49,309 nt of DNA from Girardia tigrina (lineage: Eukaryota). The DNA is taken from positions 1 through 49,309 of the forward strand of contig MQRK01238310.1 of NCBI GenBank assembly GCA_001938485.1. Reading direction: 5' to 3'. The notes below the pieces were generated by a model. That model saw nothing but the letters and a program-made list of their open reading frames with translations. It made no database searches and was not told where the DNA came from. Both the position numbers and the translations under genes were made by a program. The first letter of the stretch is position 1. Every line of letters starts with the position of its first letter. This document shows, piece after piece, positions 11,810 to 23,900 of the stretch.

Positions 11810-14800
11810 TTCATAAGTTTCTTATTTGATCTCTATAACGTCTCTGTTTATTCCTTGGAAATTTGCTCCATTATCAGAAACTATGATAGATGGATTTCCT
11901 CTTTTGTCTATGAATCATTTTAAGGCTCTTATAAGATCATCAGTATCTCTTTAGACAATTCAATATGAATTCCCCTACTATGGAGACAAGTGATCAAACA
12001 GATATATCTTTTTTCCTTCGCCCTTCCTCGTCCTTGTTTATTGTATATTGGACCTGCATAATCAATTCCGATTTTATCAAATGCCATTAACGGCTCTCGA
12101 AGCCCGAATTCCGGTATATCACCCATTATCTGAGTCATTTCTTTGGCTGATCTTCTCGAACAGATCTTGCAAAACTTTTGATATCCTTTTACAAATTTCC
12201 GCATTTTTGGAAACCAAAATCTTTCTGATAATTTGTAATACTGTTGATAAACGCCAGCACAGTGAAGATATTCTTGATGAACATGTTTCACTATCAATTT
12301 CGTTTTTGAACTTTTATTAGACAGTATTATCAGATATAGTATATTCCAAGGAAGGTACTCAGATTTCACTATCCTGTTGTTGCTTCTCAACAGTCCGTGT
12401 TCTGCAATCATATGATTTGCTTTTAATATTGAGTCTTTTGCTTTAAGTGTTTTTCCTGCCTTAATTAATTCTATGTGCGATTTAAACCATTCCTTTTGAT
12501 CTTCATTTATTATTTATTTTTCTGCTAATTCAAGCTCACTCTCTTTATGATCATTTTCAACTTCTTTAACTCTATCTATCATATGAGTTTTGATATTTTT
12601 TTCAAGATTAACTTTCTCCAATTCGAATGGTGATTATTAGCCACGGATTTCTAGGAATCATCTTTCTCACCAATATGCACTGTGTTCAAGACAACATATT
12701 TTTCCTCTAACCACACTTCCGTTTTTAACTCTTTTGGTCTTTCTGGCCAATTTTCTTCCTGAAATTGAAGGAATTTCGGCCCCTTCCACCATTTTTGCAT
12801 TTCTTTAAGTTGTGTCACTGAGCACCCTCTAGAAAGAATATCGGCCGGATTGTCCTTTGATGGCACATATCTCCATTGATTTCCTCTAGTAAATTCCTGA
12901 ATATAACCAATTTGATTAGCAGTAAATGTACGAAACCTTTTCCCGTGTCTTGTTACCCAATACAATAAATCCATACTGTCAGCCAAAAAAAAGATTACAT
13001 CTATGGTTATACCCAAGGCGCTGACTAATTTTCTTGCAAAATTTACTCCGACTACCGCAGCCATTAATTCTAATCGTGTAATCGAAACTGCTTTCGTTGG
13101 ACATACTTTTGCTTTCGCTGCTATTATATTGGTATTATCATCATTCTTTTCAATCTCTCTGATGTAACTAACTGCTCCGTAAGCATCCTTAGAAGCATCA
13201 CAAAAGACATGGATTTGAATTTTTTCTCCTTTTTCAATTAAAGTTCTTTTGACACGAATTATATCTAGATTCTTTTGTTGTTCAACACAATTCTGGGCTT
13301 TTATTTTTAACGGTTTTGATATTTTGAGGTCCCAGTCGGTGCCATTCATCCAGATTTCTTGTATTAATATTTTCCCCAGCATTAAACCAAGCGGCTCGTA
13401 AACCTTGGCCAATGCGCCTAAAATCTGACGCTTTGTACACCATTACCGCTACATCTTCTCTAGCATTGAACGAAACTTCATCTCGTTCTGGATCCCATAT
13501 TAAACCCAACGTTTTGGTAACTTTTTCATCCTCATTTAGGATTTGATAAACCTTTGCTTTATCACCTTCTGGAATGATGTTTCTCAGACTTTGTGAATTA
13601 GACACCCACTTCTTAGCATCCATCCCAGCTTGCTTTCACAACCATTTAAAATCTTTATACATTTTTATCTGCTTGCTCTTCTGTCTCAACTGATATTAAA
13701 CTGTCATCCATATACGTTGATTCCAAAATTGATTTTGCCGCTACCGGCAATGATTCCATATTAATGAAAGAATTAGTACTGGCATCGTCCAGTAGGAGGT
13801 TTACCAAGAGTCTGGTTCCTTTATTTATAAGGTAAACAGGAACGGTCCTTAATGAAAACCAGATTTCATCTATCTTTGATAGGGTTAGCTATAAACGTAC
13901 CTCGTTTCGGAATTTGGGAGAATTCTCCTTCAGTAGTTCTAACTTTTTTATCTTCTTTCTCTTCTATTTTTGAATTTGGATCAGGATTCGAGTCGTTTGT
14001 CTTTATATGAAGGTTTGTACAATTATTTCCATATCTACAATTGCCGGATTCGAAATATTTACATTTTATTAGACTTTCTTCCTTTATTAAATTGTGTATC
14101 TATCTTCACGCATTTCCTCTTTTGCAGAAACTCTTTTGAAAATCCCGACATGGTGCTCTTAATTTCTCTTTTCGATCCAACAAGTTTTCTTTCTTCTTTT
14201 TGAAAGAACGATTTTCCTTTGGGAAGTTCTCAAATATTCTAGTTTCAATGTTTAGGATTAAATGTACCGATACCATGAACGGCTTCCGCAGCGGTCCGCT
14301 TTATTTCTACCTCGTTTATCAGCCAATCCCTTAAAACTTATAAATTCTGAGGTTTTCCTTCTGAAAGGCGAGTTCTCTCCCAACGCTCGACTAAAACTTC
14401 CGGTAATTTTGCCACCAAAGTAATGTGTAGTAATCCTCCTTCAATCTCCACTTCCTTGTTATTGTTCTCTGATCTAGAAATGATAGCTTCCTGCAATCTT
14501 ACGAAATATTCCATGTCCTTTAAATTTTTTGCCCTCTTTGGAAAGAACTCATTTATTTCTTTGGCGTATTGCCTTTGAACACCCCCATATTGCTTGTCCA
14601 ATTTGGCAAATATCATTTTGTAGGATTCTTGAGTTTTGTCAATATTTTTGATTAATGTGTTTAGTTCGCCAATAAGGCATTGATTCAACATTATTTACTT
14701 CGCAATATCTGACATCTTTGAGGAATTGACACATGCTTCGAATGTTCGCTTTCATTTTTCATACTCACCCACATTTCCAGAAAATTTGGGTAAGGTGATC

Positions 14801-15718
14801 GGTTGGAATTTTATGGGAATTCTGTCTTTTACCACCTGAACTCGTTCCTCCTCTTTGATCTGTTTATGATTGATGTTGAATCTCTACTTTGCAACTACCA
14901 GCACCTCTTCGTTTTGAACTTCTAATTTTGTCAACTCCTTGTCGATAACTAAGTTGTACTCCTTTTTCTGTAACCGTTTGGCATTAATTGCCATTGATTC
15001 AAAATCCTTCAGAACTTCAATATAACATTCGTTGTACGAAACCATCGTTCTATTGAGTTCTTCAGTTGATATTTCCGCAAGTCCGAGCTTGCTTCTTAAT
15101 TGTAATAATTTATCTTTTGAACTACTCCGGCAAAGCATTTTTCTATCTAATTCATCTTCATCCGTTTCCATGCCTCCTTTCAGGCCAAGCAGAAGATGAA
15201 GTGTAGCATTCTTAGCCATATCACTCTCTTTTATTGTTTTATGATCTTCTATGAGTAATCCATCAAACCATAATTGCTGCAAACTGATTGGAATTCTCTC
15301 CTTGTTTTCAATTTTTGCTTTGTTGTGTTTTATCGTTTCTCGATTCTTCACATCCCTGGCAATTATTTTGCCAGAAAGCTGTTTTATGAATATCTGCAAT
15401 TCTGTGTCTTTTCCTTCAAACTTTTTCTTTTCATCCGCATCTTCCGGCAAATCGAGATCTTCTTTTTTAACACATTCAAGATTCTTTCGAATGACTTTCA
15501 GTGTTTTATTTGGCTGTAACATTTTTCGATTTATATTTAATGGACGATATTCACTGCCAACTACACTCTTCACAAAATTCGAATGTTCTGAAAACAAATT
15601 CTCACAACTGCCCTCAAATATTGCACTTTTACATTCCTTTTTGTTGTTCTATAACATCTTTAAGACTCGTCAGCTTAAATCCGGTCAACTGGTGGGAGTA
15701 TGTGAGATTTGTATTCAT
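11810..15718 (-). mobile_element. Second BEL/Pao LTR retrotransposon (ubiquitin-Gag, protease, internally deleted RT, RNase H, integrase), degraded
   Basis: DUF1759-like Gag ITLPKFSGNVGEYEK*KRTF...MLNQCLIGE (about 14800-14340), protease LLLDDAST (about 13790), RT TYMDD (about 13710), RNase H HVFCDASKDAYG, WRYVPSKDNPADILSRG, and integrase GIDYAGP...VSDNGANF. No LTRs recognised. Confidence 0.92.
15172..15399 (-). pseudogene. Ubiquitin domain (76 aa, ending LKGG) in frame with BEL/Pao Gag
   Basis: Residues 67-142 of ORF 14884-15597 align without gaps to canonical ubiquitin; I count 35/76 identities by hand. The di-glycine is immediately followed by Met. Confidence 0.92.
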
Positions 15719-16039
15719 TATTTGATTACTTATTTCGGCATTTAAACTCGTAATATTTGTTAACCTAGACTCGTAATTTTCGATTTCGGTTGGTTTGAAT
15801 CATGGATATTTGATCAAGTTCTTGTCTATGCTCGATTCCAGCTGTATAATAATCGTTTTCCTTGGATACCAATATCTTAATACAATCTTCCAGATCATTG
15901 TCACTAACAGATTGAGATTCCATGTAAATATCACGGAGATGTGTTTCCAATCCAACAAGAATATCAAGAGTTTCACAGTTTTCCAGCTCTTCTACGTCGT
16001 CTTTTATATCGCCTTTTTTGACAAATCCGACGAATACCT

Positions 16040-19000
16040 TAAATGTTCAAATTGCAACGCTCCATGTCATTTATGGTACCAGTGTTATAAACAACAAGCA
16101 CTGAATGTACATCGAGATCAGAAAAGATGGCAACCCAACCGATACAAAGCACCATTCACTGGAATCGATGAAATGAATGAAACAAACAGATACGAAGGCG
16201 ACTGATCGGTAAACTCGGAGGCTCTATCAAGTCAAGAGATGATTTGAGCCATAAATTAAAAAGTAAGAATGTTTTGGCTCCAAACATTTGTAATATTAGT
16301 AACTGTAAATGTAATTTTAATTATAATAATTTTAATGATAATATATTACATAATAATTATAGTATATGTAGTTTTAATAATAATAATTATAAAGAAGTAA
16401 TGCCAAATATGGGGAATTTTAATGATAATATGGTTCAAGAGCGCACAATATATAAGTTTGAAATTTGTTCGAGTGAGAAACTAGACTATTTGGAGTTTAA
16501 TGGAAGACCCAGTATTAAAGCTAGGATGGACGGAATAGAGATGAATTGTTTATTGGACACTGGTGCTCGTATTAATGTACTGGACAAGAAAATTGTTGAA
16601 AAATTACAGGTTAGAATAAATAGGAATGTTATATCGTCAGTTTTTTGTGCAAACGGAAGTGGAATGGAAATACTAGGTACATGTAATATTATAATAGTAT
16701 GGAGAAATAAGAAAGTGAACCAGTTATTTTATGTTTCAGAAACAGTGTTCCCATCAATTATTTTCGGAATAACCTTGATAAGAGCTATTGGGTTGGAATT
16801 GAGATGGAATTTAGAACTGATAAATGGAAATGAAAAAAAATATAATTGAAACCGATAGAGAAGTATGCGCTCTAAATCCATATATAGATAAGTTGAAATA
16901 TACAGATGAAATGAGAATTTTAAATGCCAAAGAAAAATTAAATTTAAATGAGGATAGCAAACTATACACATGTAATAAAAAGTTTTAAAATATTTTTATG
17001 GCTGGATGATGGGACATTCGTAAGACATCACTAGTAAAACATCGAATTAAGACATCAGGGCAACCAATTCTACAGAAACCGCGAAGACAACAAACTCATT
17101 TAGAAAGTCATATAGATTATGCTGTTCATAATTTGGAACGACACGGGATAATAGAGAAATGCTCATCACCATGGAACACACCGATGGTGTGTGTTTGGAA
17201 AAAGGAAAAGAAGGAAATTCGTTTATGCTTGGATTTCAGGTTGTTGAATTAAGTGACAGAGAAGCTAGCCTTTCCTATACCAAACATCGAGGAAATGTTA
17301 GATTCATTAAGAGGAATGAAATGGTTCAGTTCCATTGACCTGGGAAATACCTACTATCAAATAGAATTAGAAGATTCTTCAAAGTTGAAAACAGCATTTT
17401 CAACTAAAATTGGACAGTATTGCTTCACAAGAATGCCGTTTGGCATTGCAGCTGCACCTGCAACATTTCAGAAGCTTATGACGGATGTTTTGAAAGAGAT
17501 GTCGTGGAAAGAAGCCCTGGTCTATCTTGACGACATTTTGATTTTTTTGAAAACCGAAATGGAACACATGGAAAAGTTGGAAAAACTATTTGCATGAATA
17601 GAAATGGCTGGACTGAGAATAAATCCCGAAAAATGTAGGTTCTTTCAAAAAGAACTACGATTTTTGGGACATATAGTGAACAGAGACGGAATTAAGACTG
17701 ACCCAGACAAAATAAAATCGATAGTGGAATTCGAACAACTAAAATGTATAAAGAAATTGCGAAGTTTCTTGACACTATGTAATTATTATAGAAAGTTTAT
17801 ACAAAATTATTCAAAACTATCAAAACTATTGGAAGAAATGGGTGGAAGTTCGAAAGACATGGTGCATGGGTCAGATTCTAACTCAGTGGCATTTAAAAAC
17901 TGAAGGAAGTACTAATATCGGTCCCAATACTTTGTTATCCTGATTTTGGGAAAGAATTTATATTAGACACTGATGCTTCTTTTGATACTATAGGAGCAAT
18001 GTTATCCCAAAGGAATGAGAAAGGTGATGAACAGGTGATTGCATACGGATCTAAGTCAATGACAAAACATGAGATTGGATATTACATTACCAGAAAAGAA
18101 CTTTTAGCAATTTTTCATTTCACGCAACACTTTAAGCACTACTTGTATGGTGCAAAATTTAAGTTAAGAACCGATCATAGGCAATTGAATTTATGATGAC
18201 GACGAAAAAGCCGATTACCCCTCAGTTTCAAAATTGGATGAATTTTCTGAGCAGTTTGGATATGATCTTAGAATATCGTAAAGGGGAATTACACAAAAAT
18301 GCAGATGCATTATCACGAAAAGACTGTATGGTATGTTCACAATGTATGATACATCATGAACAGGCAAAACGAGAACACGAATGTTTGCGATGGATGAAGA
18401 CGCATTGTCAATTCCATGGCAACAAAATAGTAGAGAAATCTGTGAAATAATGAAACAAATAGAAGAAGGAAAGGGGACAAAATTTAAGCAAAGTTCTTGT
18501 TATAAGAACTTTTGATAACAAGATTTTGATTCCGAAGGAAACAAGGAACGATTGTATTTTATTTTTCCATAAATTTCTGTGTCGGTCGGGAGTAAATAAA
18601 ACGTACACATTCATGAGAAAAAAATATGACATTGAGGAGTTTAGAAAAAATGTTGAAAGAATAATACGAGCATGTGTAGTGTGTCAAACATCTAAAACTT
18701 ATACGAGAATAACAAAAGAGAACACAATGAACTTGATTTCAAAACGACCATTCGACGATATTTACATGGATTATTGTGGACCTATGCCAGTGATAAATGG
18801 AAAAGAAATATATTTTTGGTATAATAGACAGATTTAGTAGGTATGTTAGTCTCACAGCAGTAAATAACCAAGACGAGATGACAACAATACAGACAATACA
18901 ACGTCAATGGATATTTAGGTTTGGAGCTCCAGCATGTATCCACGTGGACCATGGAAAAGTATTCGAATCGCGGACATTTATGGAATTTGCAAAATCTCGA

Positions 19001-20147
19001 TTGATTAAGATAAAATTCTCAAGTCCTTACCATCATAATTCGAATGGAATAATAGAGAGACAATTTCGAACAGTTCGAAATTCATTAAATGCGACTTTAA
19101 AAAGAGAGGAAGTAAAAATTGGATAGAGTTACTTCCAGAGATAGAATTTAGTATGAATGGATCGAGAAAAAGCACTATTGGATATAGTCCTGCGGAATTA
19201 ATTCTGGGAAAACGGTTAACCCTTGACGACTCACGACATTATGAATTGGACAACAAGAAGATAAATGCCGAAGTTAAAATGTCAGAGATGAGCAAACCTA
19301 ATGTAACGATAACAAAACGGGATTTCTGGGTCGGTGACTGGGTACTAGTGAAAATAGACAATAGGCAGAAAGGATCAGACCGTTATGAAGGACCGTATGA
19401 AATTATTCGTAAAGACAATGACCGTTGTGTTGAAATGCGGAATAAATCAGGTCGAATAATTCAGAGAAATATAACGGATAACATGAAATAGTAGGACATC
19501 TACTATTTTAATAGTAGGTGGAAAAAAAATTGAAAAGGCGCCCAATATTGGTTTACACCTACTATTTGGTGCTTTTGTTTTGAACTTGTCNNNNNNNNNN
19601 NNNNNNNNNNNNNNNNNNNNNNNNNNNNNNNNNNNNNNNNNNNNNNNNNNNNNNNNNNNNNNNNNNNNNNNNNNNNNNNNNNNNNNNNNNNNNNNNNNNN
19701 NNNNNNNNNNNNNNNNNNNNNNNNNNNNNNNNNNNNNNNNNNNNNNNNNNNNNNNNNNNNNNNNNNNNNNNNNNNNNNNNNNNNNNNNNNNNNNACGATA
19801 CACCTACTATTTGATTCCACCTACTATTTTAATAGTAGGTGGAAAATTTTTTGAAAACTTCATTACACCTACTATTTCATGTCCACCTACTATTTGATGT
19901 TATCCGTTAGAATGGCTTAAGCCTTTTAAAGAATGGGGGTGTAAGGATAAAGAACTATATTTATATCTATATTATTTAAACTATAATAAGATAATATTTA
20001 CAATATTATAATAATGATTCCAAAATATTCTGAATTAAGTCTCTTGATGATTTTTGTTTAAATAAACAAAAAACGCGCACTTTTTAAATACGAATAAATT
20101 TTTTGAAATTTATACTTATTAATATTTATTGATGGAAAATTCTTACA
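16040..20147 (+). mobile_element. Ty3/Gypsy LTR retrotransposon, near-complete but degraded gag-pol with polypurine tract and candidate 3' LTR
   Basis: CCHC knuckle CSNCNAPCHLWYQC, protease LLDTGA, RT MPFG and YLDD, RNase H DTDAS and RKELLAI, integrase MDYCGP...HVDHG...IER. The purine tract AAAGAATGGGGG precedes TGTAAG at 19940, and CTTACA ending at 20147 is a candidate LTR end. Confidence 0.92.
19474..19907. mobile_element. MITE with TA target-site duplication inserted in the Gypsy integrase tail
   Basis: Terminal inverted repeats ACGGATAACAT(G/C)AAATAGTAGG are flanked by TA at 19472-73 and 19908-09. Repeated ACCTACTATT units occur internally in both orientations. Contains an N gap. Confidence 0.8.
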
Positions 20148-21367
20148 AAGATTATAATTTATATGCATTAAAATAATGAAATTATGAAAGTTTTTAACAT
20201 TTGCTAAATAAATAAATAATAATAACTGTAGTGTCCGCATATTTTTTTATTTATACCAAATTGTGGAATAGATTTAAATTTTTAATTGGATATCATATTT
20301 AATTACGACACTCTTCTACTTTTTTTGCTTCTGATCTGTAATTTTTTTGAAGTGTTTATGATTTTTGGGTATCTTTTAGTGTATTTGTGCACTATTATAT
20401 TATGATATTTTTATATATTCTTGACTGGTGGTATGTGATTGCGATAAATGATTTATTATTATTATTTTAATTTATTTATTATTATTTTTTTCTGAATATT
20501 ATTTTTGTAATTTACTTAAATTATTCAATGGATAATTTATATCCATTGAATAATATAAAATTAAAAAAATCATTAAATCGATCATTATAATTTATGATAA
20601 GAACTTATTCTCGACTAAACTGAACTTTTATTATTGGAAACTGTTTATTTTTGTGATTTGGCGAAGAATTTCGCTAATAAAAAAAACTGGAAAGAAGATC
20701 ATTTAAATTAGAATTACCGACTAATTACCAATTGTTCAAGTATATCAAGAAACTGATACCAAGTTGTTCAAATCTTAATCCGAAATCGGTGCAACGTTTC
20801 TCGTATCGATCACGATTATAAAGACTGTAGTTGAATTGATATTTGTTACAAGAATTTGCTAATGACTATTGCGTCACCACACTTTATGATATGGAAAATC
20901 ATTTTGCACGTTTAAACAAGATTTATAAAACTTTATGAACAATGTTTCCTTAATTATTCTTTCAAAATTAGGATCAAGTTACTAATAAAAACCATAAAAT
21001 CACAATCATGTGTCATCCTAAAAGTTCGAATATGATTCAAAATTGATTTTTAACTTGATTGTATATATTTTGCAATTCTAGTTCGGAGGTGGCGATTTGC
21101 CTTACATTGATATACTAGATCTGCTTTGAAACTCAATTTAGTATAAGATTTATTTATTGGAGAACTAATTAGAAATTGTATTAGTCAAAAATAATTATTA
21201 TTTTTGTACTGAGCCTATTTTTCTGAAGCTTTTGTAAAATCTTATGATCTTTCGGACTCCGAAATTCGGAGTAAAAAATGTTAAGAAAAGTTTCTTTGTA
21301 TGTATTCCTTCTTGGGTGATATTCATATTATTATTTATGGTTACAACTATTTAAATCATTTATATTT

Positions 21368-21465
21368 GCGACTCGTGGGTAGTCGTTTCTTACAGAGAAG
21401 ACGAAAAGACAGAGACCGAAACTATACGATCCCGTAGGAGGCTTGTAGGGGGGCTGTTAGTGGAC
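21368..21465 (+). repeat. Short fragment of the C2H2-finger retroelement 3' end family
   Basis: Similar to 41710-41805 (GGGTAGTCGTTTCT...GAGACC...CCCGTAGGAGGC...GGGGGGCT). Confidence 0.6.
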
Positions 21466-21499
21466 TGCATTCAGTGGTATAAATTATTTTAAATACATC

Positions 21500-21960
21500 C
21501 ACATAAATGTACAATCTTTCCTTCATGCTTTTTTCTCCAAAGTTTTGAAAAACTGCCAATAAATTTCAAAACGATTTATACTGTGTTCTTCTGACATCTC
21601 ATGAGGAATCCATTTTAAGGCAACGAATGTCAAACCTAATTCTTCGCTGATAATTCTGTGAAAAACAGTTTCACATATTCCAGTAATATATTTTATATTT
21701 CTACTCGAAATATGACTATTTTCTGTTCACTCACATACTACTTTCATAAGCTTTTTGAAATGCACAGTCAACCTTTGTTATCTACTCGGTCATCTTCTAC
21801 AGACTCTCTATCACTTGAACTTATTTGACAGTTACTGTATGATATTAAGACTAATACTTTCACATTACTCAGCAGTTTCTAATAAATCATTTAACTTAAC
21901 TCCAGTGTAACAATCTAAACTCAAAACTTTAAATACAAATTTACTTGATCAAATTTCATT
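21500..21960 (-). mobile_element. Mariner transposase N-terminal remnant
   Basis: The minus strand gives ESVEDD and VFHRIISEELGLTFVALKWIPHEMSEEH, a WVPHEL-type motif. Heavily decayed. Confidence 0.6.
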
Positions 21961-23446
21961 TCCCTTGTCCCAAAACAATTTTCTCCAGAATTTCAAGAAT
22001 ATTCACTGTAACAACCAATTGAAATTTAAATTTAATGAATTTTAATAAATTTAAACAAATATTCAAATATTTTTACTTGCAGCCGTTGATAAACTTTCTT
22101 ATTTAGAGTCACTATGCCCAACGAAATAATATGCGGCAATGCCATATTTTTATTGATAGCAATTTAAGAATTAAAAAAAATGTTTCTTTATAAATTTGAT
22201 ATTTAATTAATTTTTTGGAAAACATCAAATATAATAAATTTTGGATCTTCTGTCAGAGTCTTATTCTAATAATTCGGAGGATGTTCCAACAACATCTAAC
22301 ATTGGTGATTACACATAAATCAACATAAAATTTTTGTGTTAATAAAAATAAATATGTATTTCGTTATTAATATGAATTGGTATACAATTTTTCTGTTATG
22401 GATAGGGTTCTCGTTTTGTTGCGAACCGCGCAAGAAGGACATTTTCAAACCAAAACGCGACGCCGTGGAAATTAATTTTTTTTTATTAAATTTATAAATA
22501 ATTTTTTAAATAAAAATATCATGCTTTTTTAGATTTGAAAGTAATTTGAATAATTTATTTTTACTTTTTTGCAATATATTTTTCATGCCCATTTCTTTAA
22601 CTCTTTGAACCCTAAGACTTTCATTGTATTAGTACCATATCCATGAGCTCCTGAGTAATTTTTGATCAAAAAATAATATTTGACATCAACTCTGACCTAG
22701 CGACACCATCGAACTGAGTTCATGTTCGAGCAAGTTCTTGGTTATAACAATAGGTATGGAGGCCGGTAAGTCGGCCATTAGGGTATATGTCTCGCCAAAT
22801 CTGACCGGTTTATCGGCCTTTGTAATTATAAAATTGTAATTATAAATGTAAGTAGCGTTTATGCCACTTTCATTATTATCACATTCTGAAGTCATAATTT
22901 AACACCACAAAAATTTATTAATATCAACAATTCACATACTTAAACAAATTAATTCAATTATTTCGCCCAAAATTAATTTACAATTCTTTTCGATTAAATT
23001 CTGAAAATTTGCGAAAACTAAACCTTAAAAATAATTTTACATTTTTTTGAAAAAAATTTTACAAAATCTTTACCTTAAAATAATTTTGCATTTTTTTACA
23101 AAAAAAATTACAAAATTTAAAATGTAAAATACTTTTACATTCTTACGAAACTTTATCATAAAAACTAATTAATTTAAATTTACAATAAGCCCTATTATTA
23201 AAAAAATTATTTCTAAAAATATTAATCCGTTAATTATTTATTTTAAACTTTATTTAAACTTATTCCACTTATAAAATATATTAAGTGTTATTAATGTAAA
23301 CATATTGAATACATATTTATTTTATTATATTTTTACTCTGCATTTTAATTTTCTAATTTATTTCCTTTAAATTTTCAAAACTAAAAATATAATAAACTAT
23401 TTTGGCGAAATTTAAAACTAACCCCTCATAATAAATAAATAATAAA

Positions 23447-23900
23447 TATATATATTTGTCTTGATCTGTGACTGACTGATTCTGTCAAGAACGTTCATAT
23501 TATTTACTTACAATTGTAAGTAGATAATTAAATTAATAATTCATATAGAAAAAAATGAATTTTAAGAAATTTTAAGTGCAAATAACTTAAATAAAAATTT
23601 ATGACAAATAACATGTAAATATGTTAATAGGAGTTTGCTTTTAATTTAAGGAGATAGGACATGTTTAANNNNNNNNNNNNNNNNNNNNNNNNNNNNNNNN
23701 NNNNNNNNTATGTTACATATAATATTTTTATTTATAGTCTAAAATTTAATCTTATCTGATTATATATTAGATCTGATAATCTTAAAACACTATAATCTTA
23801 AGACACTAATCTTAAAACAAATAAATAAAAAAAATTGTCATAGTCTTGAAAATCTATTCTATATAATTATACCCGTCATACATGACGGGTTATTTACTAG
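23447..23900 (+). mobile_element. Non-autonomous Helitron-like element (3' end clear, 5' end approximate)
   Basis: Perfect 9-bp palindrome arms ACCCGTCAT-AC-ATGACGGGT (23871-23890) followed by CTAG|T at 23897-23900. The 5' region has a TA-rich start and GTGACTGACTGA. Confidence 0.65.

Noticed and set aside
15650-15680. CTGACGAGTC on the minus strand as a possible hammerhead core (also CTGATGAG at 3541)
   Set aside because: No correctly placed GAAA with a closing stem.
15251-15745. Plus-strand 164-aa ORF and similar antisense ORFs over TE coding regions
   Set aside because: Shadows of the real opposite-strand frames, with no motifs.
20640-21300. Possible decayed transposase (likewise 33620-34130 and 35950-36900)
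   Set aside because: No diagnostic motif could be recovered by eye.
22686-22895. 69-aa minus-strand ORF in a higher-GC patch
   Set aside because: No recognisable domain or splice structure; probably a TE relic.
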